Shown here piece by piece: positions 27,694-39,510 of a DNA stretch of 64,000 nt. Where the stretch lies: positions 149,923-213,922 of the IMG/VR virus record IMGVR_UViG_3300014204_000112. One strand, written 5' to 3'. Made by a program: the position numbers and the translations under genes. Position 1 is the stretch's first letter; every line of letters begins with the position of its first letter. The notes beneath the pieces were generated by a model that saw only the letters and a list, made by a program, of their open reading frames with translations, made no database searches and was not told the origin of the DNA. Source of the stretch: a virus. Lineage: Duplodnaviria > Caudoviricetes.

Positions 27694-29582
27694 TGTGTAT
27701 GGTAAATTTTGGCACTAAAACTGTCTTGTTCATCCCGACTGCAACGACCCACATGCTGTAAACTTTGGTGATCTCGAGGTAAGGCGGTTCATAATCGTCT
27801 GGGTACCTCATTGGCCTTCCACCTGGATTGTAGAAGCCTTCTTGCATTCTCTTTTGTCCGATGACGATTCCCGATCCAAGTCCACGCTGAAACACGAGTT
27901 TCCTTAGGGCTGGAGGAAAGTAGATTTCTCCTGGACGACCGACACTTTCTCTTTCTGGAACGATGGTGTACGTATCACCGCTATAAAGTTTACGATCCTT
28001 GAGATCTTTTTCAGCAATGTAAACTACTTCCTTAAAAGTTTCGAAGAAGTCGATTCTGTCTCCGAACTTAACCGTTGGTTCTTGTTTCTGTTCCTTCATA
28101 TATTTTGACTAACTCTGGATTGATATGCACTTCACCTTCTGAACTGTCAACATGCTGTTTGTAAAGAGGGTAGATCTGATCGCGAGCGAAGCCTTTAGCT
28201 GCGCTACGACAGCTTTCCCATTTTCCGTCAGATGCCGCACTTATGAGAACCTGTTCAAGTTCCCTTGCGAACTGCGCGTGTAAAAATTCTCCAATGATTG
28301 ACGTGTTAATCGTAATTAAATGGGCTGAACTCCTGTAAAAATTTCTGTCTTTGCTGAATGCGTCCGCACCTTACCAGCTCGTCTCCAAGTTTCTTCATAA
28401 TGTTCCCAGTTCCGGCAACGTCAATGTGAATGACATGACTGTTAGTTCCAGGATAGGTGAAAGTTATCCATGCTTTATCGTCTCCGACTACTGTGTTCGG
28501 ATTTTCGCCGGACGCTCTGTATTTGAAACCGAGTGACTCAGCCATCTTACGAACTTCCGCAATAGTTACCTTATTCTTCATACTCTGTTTCCCTTTAGAA
28601 TCATGTAATCACCTCCGCTGAGATTGCCTTCAGTACCGTCATCAACGTGATACGAAATGGTCCATTCGGCTTCCTCGTACCTTCTTTTGAGTTCGTCAGC
28701 CATCATTTTTTTTCTGATGGACTTCATGTTAGTACGACGTTCTTGATTGATTGGATTGTACTCGAAGTTAGCCGTGCAAAGGTCTATCCAAACTTCGTTT
28801 TTCGTTTTGAACTGCCTTAAAATTTCATCATCGATATGCTTTTCAATGACAGAGACCATTGCCAGTTCTTCTTCTGACAATGGTCTCTTATCGATTTTGT
28901 TCAATTCACTGTACTTGATTGCCATTCTATTTCATAATTTTCCTTGACCTTGTGCTCTAACCATTTGAATAATAATGATTCCAACCGATAGTATTGCTCC
29001 GAATCCAGCCATCATGTCTCGTGCTCTTTCCGGCCATTCCGTGAAATCGAAGTTACCGTTCCCAAATGAGAACAGAACGTAAAGAAGCAATAGTATTAAC
29101 AGTATCAGATTTCGGGTTTCTTTTATGAAGTTCATGGTCTTAGTTTTATTGAAAAATCTTGATCATACGTAAATTTTCCTTCTGGGAATCGAATGGTCGT
29201 CAAGCAACCGTGGTAAGTGTCCGACAGGATTGCCGGAGATGAAGTAAGGATATCAAGTTCTTTCAATCCAAGGTTCTTTTCCTTGTTGAGCTTGCTTATC
29301 TGGTAAATTAGCTGGTAAATTTCTTGGACTGAACAGTGCCGTTCAGGAAAAGCTAATAGCCAATGATCAGGAAGCCTGTTCAATTCTCCGGAAAAAATCT
29401 CATCGAACTTATTGATACCCATTCCTCTGATGAAACTGAAAATGGAATGACGAGGTGGGATGTCAATCGAAGCGACCACTCGGAGTTTGAATCCGTAGTG
29501 GTCGATCGATTCTTGTGACGGGTTAAGGTCCTTAGCCCATTCGTTGAATATGTCTGATATTGAGCGGGCAGTTACCGACATC

Positions 29583-30419
29583 TTACAGAGATTTGAAGAG
29601 GTCCTCTTTAGTAGGGTATACTTCTGACTCTTTGAATTCTCCGTGACAGGTGGAGTACACCGTGCTGTTCGGGCCGAATCTCTGGAAAGCTTCTTTCTGA
29701 ACTGCTGTGCAAGCTTCGAGGTCGGAGTTCTCGGTGTTTGCCCGGGAAAGGATGCGAGCTGAATGAACTAGGTTGTTTTTCATGTAGTAAACCAACTGGC
29801 CAATCTCGTACCGGTAATCCGGAGCGATGCGTTTCAGGCCGGAAGATTCGACTGAGGTCACGATGACCTGCATGCCCATGTTGTAGAGGTCCTTTGCGAT
29901 TGCTGCGAATTCTTCTTTAGTGCCGATTGCACTGTCCCACAGGGTGGAGAAGATTGCATTGCTCTCGCCGAAGTACGTCCAACCACCGGCTGCATTCTGT
30001 TTCTTGTAAATTTCCAGGCCGTTCGACAGGACTGCAACACGGATGAAACCGTTCTTTGCATTGTAATCCAGTCTTTCTTCCTCGTTCAGCTGCTGAACTG
30101 ATTTGGTCGGGGTTCCGGTCGTGCCAGTTGCGACTGCTACGCCTGATGCTCCGGCATTCGCTGGAGGAGTGGTGGTGAGGTCAGCTTGTTTCACGAACAT
30201 ATACTGACCTTTCGGGCTACGAACTGCGAGGCCTTTTGAAACCAGGGCTTTACAATGAGGACTTGCCCATCCACTGTAATCGCTGGAATCGTAGTACGAT
30301 TTATCCAGGCCATTTTCTTTTTTGAAAGCCTTGCCGATTTCGGTCGGAGACACGTAAACGTTGAGCTGCTTTGCGAGGTAATCTAATACCCACTGCTGTT
30401 TAACTGTCGTTGCGTTCAT
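29583..30419 (-). CDS. Multi-domain hypothetical protein, N-terminal winged-helix-like
   Basis: 278-aa ORF. Confidence 0.65.
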   Translation of the reverse strand: MNATTVKQQWVLDYLAKQLNVYVSPTEIGKAFKKENGLDKSYYDSSDYSGWASPHCKALVSKGLAVRSPKGQYMFVKQADLTTTPPANAGASGVAVATGTTGTPTKSVQQLNEEERLDYNAKNGFIRVAVLSNGLEIYKKQNAAGGWTYFGESNAIFSTLWDSAIGTKEEFAAIAKDLYNMGMQVIVTSVESSGLKRIAPDYRYEIGQLVYYMKNNLVHSARILSRANTENSDLEACTAVQKEAFQRFGPNSTVYSTCHGEFKESEVYPTKEDLFKSL

Positions 30420-30958
30420 ATTGCTTCTTGAAGTTTAGATCCGTTTGGTTTGGTATAAACTACCATTTTTGGTGTCACTTGGAACTTTTTTCCGGCAAAT
30501 AAATCTACGTACTTCTGGCCCATTCCAGGTTTCAAATATCCGATAGTGGAATGTGGATGATAATCAGGGAATGATGTGGTGTGAGGCATTTTTGTAAGCT
30601 CAGCATTCAGTTCATGAAGAACTGAATTGTCCGCGTCCATTTTCAGAACATCGTACTTCTCGTTAGAAAAGATCGATGCATTTCCCAGATTTATTGGCCC
30701 TACTGGTTTTGACTTGCACACCGACATTACTGATTCGTCAGTAACTTCATTGGCGTGCAACCCGAATAACAAAGTAACATGCGGTTCTTTTTCCAAACCG
30801 AACGTCGGGTCTTCTGGATCGACGTACACATCGTTTTCGTCTATCTGAGAATGCAGGTCCTGCATTTCAGGAAAGTCGAAGTAAACCATTGCGCATCCGT
30901 ACTCGTAAGCTTTTTGTTCGTTAACGAACTGCTCAAAGTTCTTGATTTCAACTGGCAT
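30416..30958 (-). CDS. 2H phosphoesterase, Acb1/T4 57B-like, with CTS-like N-terminus
   Basis: PHVTLLFG and YHPHSTIGY motifs; start MPVEIKNFEQFVNE. Confidence 0.82.
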   Translation of the reverse strand: MPVEIKNFEQFVNEQKAYEYGCAMVYFDFPEMQDLHSQIDENDVYVDPEDPTFGLEKEPHVTLLFGLHANEVTDESVMSVCKSKPVGPINLGNASIFSNEKYDVLKMDADNSVLHELNAELTKMPHTTSFPDYHPHSTIGYLKPGMGQKYVDLFAGKKFQVTPKMVVYTKPNGSKLQEAI

Positions 30959-32550
30959 TGTTGTTCTTGTTTTTTTCGAATTCGACGGCTTCGTCCATCG
31001 TATCAAAGTATCGAATAGCTTGCTTCGGGTCCTCGCCCGAACAACATTCAACATCACATAAGTAGTCCGCATGCATCTTGTCAGAAATGATGAGCCCCTC
31101 TGCTTTAACTCTCTCACACACTTCGCATGTACAAGTAGTACCATTACGATAGACTCTCTTTCCGATTCGATCTATGAACCATTGCTTATGAGCTTTATAT
31201 TCTTCTTCAAGGGTTTGTAACACAGGCTCTTCCTTTTTTTTTTTTACTTTTTCGGGATAACTGTCCATGAATTCCCGGGCTTTAGCGAATGCCATGTTAT
31301 CTGGGAAACAGACGACCTTTCGCTGTCCGCCGTTCTGATGATTGAGCATGTCAATCAAATTCTTAATGTGATCGGTAAGCTCGTCATTATCCCTGAACAC
31401 TAAAAGAACAGGTTCCTGGTCCGTGTCGGACACTGTGTTTCCTACTTTAACTTTCATTTTCTTCGACTGGTTTTAATCTTGGGAAAAGCTTGTAAAATTG
31501 TTTCCATGCGGTCTTGCGAACTTTCTTTGACCAGTGTATGCTAGCTCCATTTCCTCCACCACTTCCGTAATTGATGTAGGACTTGTTGTCCTGTCTCGGA
31601 TTTTTCGGCATGTAACTCATTAAGCGATACCTCTGGTACTGTTGGTCATGAACACTCTTGATCAATGATCGCATTTTCTTTACCTGCTGATGAGTTAGCG
31701 CTTTTCTTGAAGCGCTAACTCCGTAATTTCCGGTGGGCGCCGTTCATGTACCCTGAAATCGAAATACCCTGACTTACGCTTTTTCATCGTTTGAATTCTT
31801 CTTCTGTTGGTGTAGGTAGGTTCATTGCGGAATAGAGGTCAATGTACCACATGCCGATCTTATACTCAGCATAGTTCACGGTTTTGAACTGATCGTAAAG
31901 TTTCTTTCCGTCGCGTCTGTAGTAATTGTACTGCAAGTTCTTCCGTACGAACTGACCCTTATTCTCTGGTTCCGTGAATTCGATGTACGGTCCGTGATTC
32001 CCAACCATCAGGCGAACGAACTTAGGTTCTGCCGCTCGCATGAAAGAATCGTCCTGAACTATTACCGTTGAATCGTCATCCGCTAAGCTAATTGAACCGA
32101 ACTCAATGAAATCATTCTTGATGCGATCGACATAGACTTGGCGAATGAATCGATTGATTTCCCTGATCTCCTCTTTCGTTTTCAGGTTCTTCAAGTCCCT
32201 AACGAATGCTTGGTAAAAACCGGAGTGAACGTACTTCCAAAAAATATCGTACCATTCGAACTTAAGATCTTCAGCAAGTTTCATTACTTCGATATTTGAG
32301 ATTCGAGCCTCATGTGAATTTTTACCAGCCTAGAAATGAATTCTTGCTTGGTGAGAACCGTCTTACTAGAATCGGACCTTCCGATCTCATGAGTAAGACT
32401 TGCATCTCCTGCCGTGAAGAGGGCGTGTTGAAATGACTGGTTCTGTGATAGAGAGTCGAAGGCTCGATCAAGTAGTTTTTGGTAATCTTCCGAATGACGA
32501 TCGTACGATATTCCTTTCCAGTAAAGGGTCTGAACTGCCGATCAGTCATG

Positions 32551-33822
32551 TTACCGAGCCAATGAATTACTGACTGTATCATTCGTGTATTGTGGTTTCA
32601 ATGTCTGTTTCAATTTGATGAGATCTTCCTTGTACATGTCAAGCGGAAGCCTCTTCTTTATTTTGTTCAGTTCCACTTTCTTTTCTTCGACTTCCTTTAG
32701 CAACTGTTCATATATTTCTTTCGTCAACGAATGGATTGGCATTCCAAGCAAGTAATTGTAAGAACCGTCAACTTCATCGAAGTTTGCTGTCTCTAAGTAA
32801 AGGACAATTGCCTGTTTAGGCGCGTTATTGATCTTCAACTTGCCAATAATGATTTCCTTAACGAACCTTGCTCTGTTAGAAAGAAAGCTGAGCTCTCTCT
32901 CGTACTTATCGATCAAGTATGCCTTGCGCTTGTCATAGAACTTGAGGCGGAAGTTCACGAAGTATTCCACGACTTCTGGCAAAGTACTGAACTCGATTAA
33001 CTTTCCGTTCTCGTCCAAGCACGTCAAGTTCTCAGTTTCGGTCTCAATCATCTTGAGAGTTTGATCAAGCTTTCCTTTAGCTACGAGTTTAGCCAAGTTC
33101 GCTCTGTTGAACTTCAGGATGTAATTGATTCCGCTGGAAGAGTTGTCCTCATAGTTGTAGATGATGCCTCTCTCAAGCAACGAGTTGAGATGTGCTTCGT
33201 ACTTTTGAAACGTTATGGACGGCGGAAGTTCAGAAACTTCGACTGTAGTGGTGTTCACTACGCGATACCTACCGCGCATGATGTACTGGTTCGTGTCGTC
33301 GACTTGCTCGACTGGCCCATTGTAAGCGCTCCACCATGGAAGCAATTTTCCAACTTTCTTTCCTTCGAGAACTCTCTGGCATGCGTCAATGAGATCGATA
33401 GGATTACGGTTTAATATGTTAGTAGCAAAGCCGACAGCGATTCCAGAGCTTCCATTCAACAGGACAGTTGGAATGATTGGTAGGAAGTACTTCGGTTCGA
33501 TCTCACACCCCTCTTCTATTCTACTCTCTAAGAGGTCGAAATCCTTGTACAGCAATCTGAAATTTTTGGTCGTCTTTGTAGAAATGTAGCGAGCCGCTCC
33601 GGCTTCAGGAGAACGAAGGGATCCGAATTGGCCGATCTCTTCTAGTAACGGAAGAGAATTATTGAAAGATTGCGCCATCCCAATGATTGCTCCGTTCAAA
33701 CTAGAATTGTGAGTAACTAAATTATCTCTAGTTACTATAAAATTATGAAATTCGTCAACTGTGATATCATAGAATTTCTTAGGTTCAGTTAGCGTACGTA
33801 TATTAATTGACTTTACTTTCAT
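32551..33822 (-). CDS. Split intein C-part (39 aa) + C-terminal part of topoisomerase II gp52/GyrA-like subunit
   Basis: FYDITVDEFHNF...VTHN|S, then GQFGS...AARYI, LLNGSSGIAVGFAT. Confidence 0.93.
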   Translation of the reverse strand: MKVKSINIRTLTEPKKFYDITVDEFHNFIVTRDNLVTHNSSLNGAIIGMAQSFNNSLPLLEEIGQFGSLRSPEAGAARYISTKTTKNFRLLYKDFDLLESRIEEGCEIEPKYFLPIIPTVLLNGSSGIAVGFATNILNRNPIDLIDACQRVLEGKKVGKLLPWWSAYNGPVEQVDDTNQYIMRGRYRVVNTTTVEVSELPPSITFQKYEAHLNSLLERGIIYNYEDNSSSGINYILKFNRANLAKLVAKGKLDQTLKMIETETENLTCLDENGKLIEFSTLPEVVEYFVNFRLKFYDKRKAYLIDKYERELSFLSNRARFVKEIIIGKLKINNAPKQAIVLYLETANFDEVDGSYNYLLGMPIHSLTKEIYEQLLKEVEEKKVELNKIKKRLPLDMYKEDLIKLKQTLKPQYTNDTVSNSLAR

Positions 33823-33825
33823 TTT

Positions 33826-34767
33826 TTATTTTATCTTTTTATGAATTTCGGCTCGTAAAGATTCAAATTGTTCGACTAAATCGAGATCAGTCCAGACTAT
33901 TTTCACTGAATAGCCATAAGATTCGATCAATTTCATTTTTCTAGTAAATTGTTCAAAATTATCCTTTGCTGTTTGCTTAGAAATTGGATGAACCCAATTT
34001 TGATCAGGAGATTTTGCATGCCATGATACGTGATTATATTCTATTACTAATTTGAGTTTAGGAATAACCAAATCATAAAAATACGCCCGCTTATTTTGTG
34101 AATCACGTATACAAAATTCTCGCATACCATCTAACCCACAGAAAAATTTTATATTAGCTGAATTTAGTATCTCAAGTAAAGGTTTGAAAAAATTTAAACT
34201 TTCCTTTGACGTTCGTGGTAAATGCTGTATTCTATTATCATAGCCAAGTCGATCAATTAATTTATCATGAGCTTTCCACCAAGAACGCTTTAGTAAGTCA
34301 GGATCAAGTATTAAAGATTTGGCTAAAGTATTTTTCTTTCGTTCTTTGATTTCTGGTAATTTGGAAATATTATCTACGTTGTATCTTCTAATCATCGTAT
34401 TTTTTATCTTAGATACGGTAGACGGCACAGCGAACTGATTAGCTACGCCAAATTGATTAACTAACTGACGCTCTATTTTCTTTTTAGTTTTTGAATTTTT
34501 GCAAAAATTATGATACGTTCCTTCGCTTCTTAAAAATGATTGCTTTTTTAATTCAGTAGCGCAATCTTTAGAACAGGTTTGATTTTGATAGCTATTGAAT
34601 TCTATTCCACAAATCGGGCATTCTTTAAATCGCCTACATACTTTACATAGTGTACTAAGCATATCGTATTTCTGCAATATCGTAGTTTCTGATAAATTTC
34701 CTATCCTATATTCGCAATTACACCGTATACAAACGAATCTAGTCGTTCTGATTTTTTTAATATCCAT
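33826..34767 (-). CDS. Free-standing Vsr-like homing endonuclease between split-intein halves
   Basis: Zn fingers, FYDLV...VIEYN...WH; late box at 34793-34800 in hairpin; AT-rich. Confidence 0.85.
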   Translation of the reverse strand: MDIKKIRTTRFVCIRCNCEYRIGNLSETTILQKYDMLSTLCKVCRRFKECPICGIEFNSYQNQTCSKDCATELKKQSFLRSEGTYHNFCKNSKTKKKIERQLVNQFGVANQFAVPSTVSKIKNTMIRRYNVDNISKLPEIKERKKNTLAKSLILDPDLLKRSWWKAHDKLIDRLGYDNRIQHLPRTSKESLNFFKPLLEILNSANIKFFCGLDGMREFCIRDSQNKRAYFYDLVIPKLKLVIEYNHVSWHAKSPDQNWVHPISKQTAKDNFEQFTRKMKLIESYGYSVKIVWTDLDLVEQFESLRAEIHKKIK

Positions 34768-34812
34768 GATAAGTGTATCACTATTTAATTTTTATTTATA
34801 TGCACACTATCA

Positions 34813-35349
34813 TCACGGTGTTAAAATGTCATCATCTTCTACTAGGTCTTCTGCATTTACCCATCCTCGAGCTGTTAAAAATGGGTGATTTTTTGTACAT
34901 TTTAATACTTTACCAGATTCTAATTCAATTTCAATTTCTTCTGTTGTTATATTTCCTATTCTTGGAGAATGACCAATAGCCTCAATAAAAGTATTTGAAA
35001 CTTCATCAAACGCTATTACTTGTAATGATTCATTTGGAAATTTTTTAAACCACTCGCCTACTGTTATATAAGTTCCATCAGCTAATAAAATTTCTGTATT
35101 TGGATCCAAACAGTCACCGTGATGATAGTGAGCGTCAGCAGCTATCTTGCCGCCAAGCTGGAAGATCTTCAATGGCTTTTCGTTGCCAGTCTTCCAAACC
35201 TTGTCAGCAATGAATATGATCTTGCGTTGGGTTGGCTTGAACCCGTCTATGACGGACGGGATCGCTCGATTCTCAAGGGTGTACATCCCGTAAAGGGAAT
35301 AGTCCTCATCGAGGTATTGCGTTACAGTTTTCTGTTTGGGTTGCATCAT
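34813..35349 (-). CDS. N-terminal part of gp52/GyrA-like subunit + split intein N-part (99 aa)
   Basis: RAIPSVIDGFKPTQRK...YHHGD|CLDPNTEI...CTKNHPF..RGW. Confidence 0.93.
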   Translation of the reverse strand: MMQPKQKTVTQYLDEDYSLYGMYTLENRAIPSVIDGFKPTQRKIIFIADKVWKTGNEKPLKIFQLGGKIAADAHYHHGDCLDPNTEILLADGTYITVGEWFKKFPNESLQVIAFDEVSNTFIEAIGHSPRIGNITTEEIEIELESGKVLKCTKNHPFLTARGWVNAEDLVEDDDILTP

Positions 35350-35640
35350 CTTAGTTTGGTGAAATTTGTGTCATCCATATCATGGTGCCTTCTGGCAAGT
35401 CACTGTTCGTGTCATTGACTCCATCCGTTATTGGGTAGATATGGATCTGCTCATCTTTTTTGAAGACTATGACTTTCTTAGCATCATCGTCGAGCTTAAT
35501 GTCTCCTTTTATATCAACGACAATCCCTTCGGTTTCTTTTAACAAGCATGAAAGAGCTGCTGCGAATACTAAACATGAGTTCAGCCAATCCTTTGGAGAG
35601 TCCTCATGGTTCGGATCCTGTGGTTTGGTATAGTTCGCCA

Positions 35641-35934
35641 TTAGATGGAAGTTTTTGCTTTTACCCCGCCGCCGAACAGGATTCCGGAACCTAGAACGAA
35701 TCCAAAATCGTACCAGCCGCCGTTGTTATTCTTTGCGTACATGTCGATGTTGTCGCTTAACAAGCTCCCGATAAAACTGATCGGAGCGATCATTCCGTGC
35801 CACAAGCCTCCCCAGAAACCGTACGGCGTGTCGGTCACGCATGCTTCCACATGGGTAACGTCAGCACAACCAGTTAAGAATAAGAAGGCGACTATCACGA
35901 AGAGCGCCAAGTACTTCACATTTACGTTTTTCAT
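35641..35934 (-). CDS. Small membrane lipoprotein
   Basis: LTGC lipobox, GFWGGLWHG...WYDFGF. Confidence 0.75.
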   Translation of the reverse strand: MKNVNVKYLALFVIVAFLFLTGCADVTHVEACVTDTPYGFWGGLWHGMIAPISFIGSLLSDNIDMYAKNNNGGWYDFGFVLGSGILFGGGVKAKTSI

Positions 35935-36001
35935 TTGCATGTATGTTAGGTAGCTATAATACCACGAAATTGAGTATAATATCCATAGAAATTCACACAC
36001 C

Positions 36002-36526
36002 ATGAACTTTTTCAAAGTAGGATCGGCAGTTTTAATAGTAGCTTTAGCATTGGTTCTCAACGCTCAGCACTTCGTGAGCTACGAACCGATTGCAAAGTTC
36101 AGTTCGCCTTCGATTTCTAAGGTTTACACAGACAAGAAAGCTAATAACTTGGACGAGGCTATTAAAATGGCTTTGAAGATCACCACTAATCAGTTGACCT
36201 TCAAGCTGAAAAGCTCAGGAAATAGCGACGTGAATTACTTGGTGAAGTCCGGCCAAGCTCACTGTGTTGGATATGCCAACTTTTACAATGCAATGCTGAA
36301 ATCTATCTTGATCAACAGCAACATAAAGGATTGCAAGATTTACAGGGTAAGAGCCACGGTGATATTTGCAGGAATAGATTTGACTTCAATATCAGACGAT
36401 CCTAGCTTCAAGGACCATGACATTAGCATGGTAATCGATTACAAGAATAACGTCAAGTACTTGATAGATCCTAGCTTATCCGAAGTGATGGGAAGTATTA
36501 TTCAGCAGTCTTCTGTACTGGAGTAA
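36002..36526 (+). CDS. Secreted transglutaminase-like protein
   Basis: Signal peptide, AHCVGYA...H...IDP triad. Confidence 0.6.
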   Translation: MNFFKVGSAVLIVALALVLNAQHFVSYEPIAKFSSPSISKVYTDKKANNLDEAIKMALKITTNQLTFKLKSSGNSDVNYLVKSGQAHCVGYANFYNAMLKSILINSNIKDCKIYRVRATVIFAGIDLTSISDDPSFKDHDISMVIDYKNNVKYLIDPSLSEVMGSIIQQSSVLE

Positions 36527-36558
36527 CTGGATTCTGAGCCGGAGCGTTCAGAACGAAG

Positions 36559-37746
36559 TCAATAGGATAACCTTTGTATCCCCAACAATTCCCTCAACGA
36601 GATTGTCTTTCTTATCAAGCTGTACAGGGTTGCTTCTCCAGCAGTCCATAACTTGAAGGCTTGAGCTATTCCCTTGAACACATCAGCTTTCGTTTGATCT
36701 CCTTCGACCACGTTCATGTCGTAGTTGTCATGAACCGTTATCGCATTTCCAGTTTTCTTTATTCCGCCAGGAGAAATTGCTCCAAGAGTGTACATGAATT
36801 GGCCTGCTAAGTTTGGAGCGGTAATCGGCTGACCAGTCGGTGCTTGCTTCAGTTTAGCAGTTTCGTTCTGTATTCCTTGCGTTGTGATAGCAGTTGGAAG
36901 ACCGGCTGCTCCAATCGATTTCCACATAGGATAGTCGAATCCCTTCTGCCCATACTTAGTAGCAACATCATAGAGATATTTCTGTTCCTCTGGTGTGAGC
37001 TCGTCACTGTGCATGGGCGTTTTTCTTCCGCCTAAGTAGTATATCATTGCCCGAATATGTAGTGGCAGAGTCTTCATGGATCCCTTTATGAACTTGGAGA
37101 ACCATGAACCGTGTTCGGTTGCTGCGCTTACTTCAGGCTCTGTGATCTTTACTGAATTCGTTTGGTTTGCTTTTGCTAGGTCAGGTCGAATCTCTTTCAT
37201 TATTGATTCGATTCTCTGTTTTTCCATTGCCATCTTATTCGCATAAGGTTCGACTTGGTCCATTGATGCAACCTGAGGTTTTGGAGTCAAGTCTAGAGGT
37301 TTGGCTACTGGTTGATTGCCAGTTGCTTTTGGAGCAGTAGATTGATTGGTCAATTTTGGATCGTTCAATGGATCGTACCATGGACTTTTCGGATTTGAGA
37401 GGTCCTTATCAGTCGGTGGTTTTACAGTCTTACTAGCAGCTTGCCTCTTGGCAGAAGACATAGGCTGAACTCCGAGTTTTGGAGCAGTAAGAGGTCCGAC
37501 GAATCCAGTCTGTTGAATTCCATTGTCAGCTTGAAATTTTCTGATCGCAGCTTTGGTGTTCTCGCCGTAAAGACCATCAACTCCATCCTTATTGGGACCG
37601 GATGTTCCGAGTAAGCTGGCGTATTCACCGCCCTTTGCTTTTAGAGCAGCTTGAACCGCCCTTACTGTTTCGTCTGCCGCCTCGGAAACGAGACCTTCGT
37701 TGATACGGTTATGCTGGTCGAATGATAGGGTGTACTTTAGCTTCAT
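36559..37746 (-). CDS. Peptidoglycan-binding-domain protein with CTS-like N-terminus
   Basis: VDGLYGENTKAAIRKFQ...G.VGPLT. Confidence 0.8.
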   Translation of the reverse strand: MKLKYTLSFDQHNRINEGLVSEAADETVRAVQAALKAKGGEYASLLGTSGPNKDGVDGLYGENTKAAIRKFQADNGIQQTGFVGPLTAPKLGVQPMSSAKRQAASKTVKPPTDKDLSNPKSPWYDPLNDPKLTNQSTAPKATGNQPVAKPLDLTPKPQVASMDQVEPYANKMAMEKQRIESIMKEIRPDLAKANQTNSVKITEPEVSAATEHGSWFSKFIKGSMKTLPLHIRAMIYYLGGRKTPMHSDELTPEEQKYLYDVATKYGQKGFDYPMWKSIGAAGLPTAITTQGIQNETAKLKQAPTGQPITAPNLAGQFMYTLGAISPGGIKKTGNAITVHDNYDMNVVEGDQTKADVFKGIAQAFKLWTAGEATLYSLIRKTISLRELLGIQRLSY

Positions 37747-38934
37747 GCTACGATGCGAACTTTTGTTTATTTATTCGCTCGCTTCTCCTTTAATATGGCC
37801 TTTGCTAATCGATGAGCAATGACGGCAGTCACTTCGAATTCTCTAGCTTTCTTTTCTTCCTTCACCCTGTCATTGTAGGCTTTCCCCATGTGGTGTCCAA
37901 TCTCATGAGCGAAGAACTCCAAACGCTGTTCCATCGTTACCTTGGAATTGGCCCAGTATCGGATGACTACTTTCTTTCCGTTGTTAGTGTATCCCCAAAC
38001 GTTCGATTTACGACATCTGCTTATGTACTCTTCGAACATTATCCTTTCCATTTTGGATCTCAACGATCCGGATTTGATCATTGTCATTTCTGACTTTGGC
38101 ATGAGGCCAGTCAAAGGCCCTGCCCTTTTAATACGAAAGGCGCTCTACGAGTGCCTCAAGATCATCATATTTCACCAGTACCGGTGTCATCGCGTCCAAT
38201 ATATGTTACCATCTACGAGTATCTGCGTCACATCCAGGTCCTTCTTAATCCTTGCAGCATACGCTTCCGGTTTCTTTACCTTCTTGTACGCTCTCTTCTT
38301 ACCGCTCTTGTAAATTGCGGTGACTGTTGATCCGCCTGGAATCAAGCTGAGTTCGTTGGTCCTGAATTTATCCGCTACTACTAAAGTCTTTGCCATGATT
38401 AGAAATTAGTATCGCAACGTGAGATCGAGTCAGACGGAGTGTAATCCACGCTAGGTGTATAATCAACGGCTGGACTCGAATAGTAGGATGGGGTAGGATC
38501 TGGCGTGATGTCAACATGTGAAGGGCTTTCCATAGCTTCATGCATCATTGCACCGACAACAGCACCGCTCATGTCCGGTCCTATTGGAACTCCCGTTGCT
38601 AGGCCAATTGCCATTGATGTATTGAAATCAGACGACCTTTGGTCTTCTTCCCTTCTACGTCTTTCCGTGTCTGCTGTGTCTGCTTTCATACGATTGTATT
38701 CGGATGCAGAATAAGGTTGAATAGGTTGAGGTTTGTACTCTGAACGATCTCTCCCAACGCGAATGTCCTGATGAACTCTTGGTTGAGGAGCCGGTTCTAT
38801 ATCAGGTCTCGGAGTGTTCGTTTCGGGTTTTACTCGAACTTTCGAGCGATTGTTATGTCTTACGATTAACCAGCCACCGCAGACTACGACGAAAAGACCG
38901 ATAAGAATGATTGCGATTGGGTCCATAGTTGTTC

Positions 38935-39510
38935 TTAATTTTTAGGGTAATACAAATCAATGACTGAAGTATTCAGTATTTTTATCGCTTCTCTCAGTTC
39001 CTTTCTGGAAAATCCAGTGAGGTGAGGACATTTAATGAAGTGTTCCCGTTGATTGTAAAGCATATCAGAGTCATCGTCCAGAATAATGTAGTTCTGGATC
39101 TGGCTCTTATCGAGGTATTCTTGCTGCCTCTCCTTTGACCAGTTAATTCTCTGGAAATCGTGGTCGTCTAACCATTTGTCAATCTCACAACCCCTCGGAA
39201 CTGTGTATCCGGATTCCTTGCCAGAAATATGCATGCTTGGAGTTCGGTCAATAACCTCGCCAGTTATTCCTACTTGAGAAAAAAGAAGTTTCAATTGATC
39301 AACGTCTCTACCGTGTCTCCAAGTGGAACTCACTACGATTTTCGCTCCAGTCAGATCAGTAAGACGATTCAATCTCTTTACTGCATCAGGATCGAATTCA
39401 TAGAATGGATACTGTGCGGCAATGTCGTCCATTTTAACTTCGGTCGATCGCCGCACGTACCAATCATTAGAGTTCAAGACTCCGTCTATGTCGAGGAATA
39501 CTATTTTCAT
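38935..39510 (-). CDS. HAD-family phosphatase (RNA-repair HAD_SAK-like)
   Basis: FLDIDGVLN, SSTWR, RG.EI, ILDD. Confidence 0.85.
   Translation of the reverse strand: MKIVFLDIDGVLNSNDWYVRRSTEVKMDDIAAQYPFYEFDPDAVKRLNRLTDLTGAKIVVSSTWRHGRDVDQLKLLFSQVGITGEVIDRTPSMHISGKESGYTVPRGCEIDKWLDDHDFQRINWSKERQQEYLDKSQIQNYIILDDDSDMLYNQREHFIKCPHLTGFSRKELREAIKILNTSVIDLYYPKN

Noticed and set aside
33706-35112. Contiguous intein broken by sequencing frameshifts
   Set aside because: IntN has a clean stop, the endonuclease has its own promoter hairpin and start, and IntC has its own ATG, as in true fractured genes
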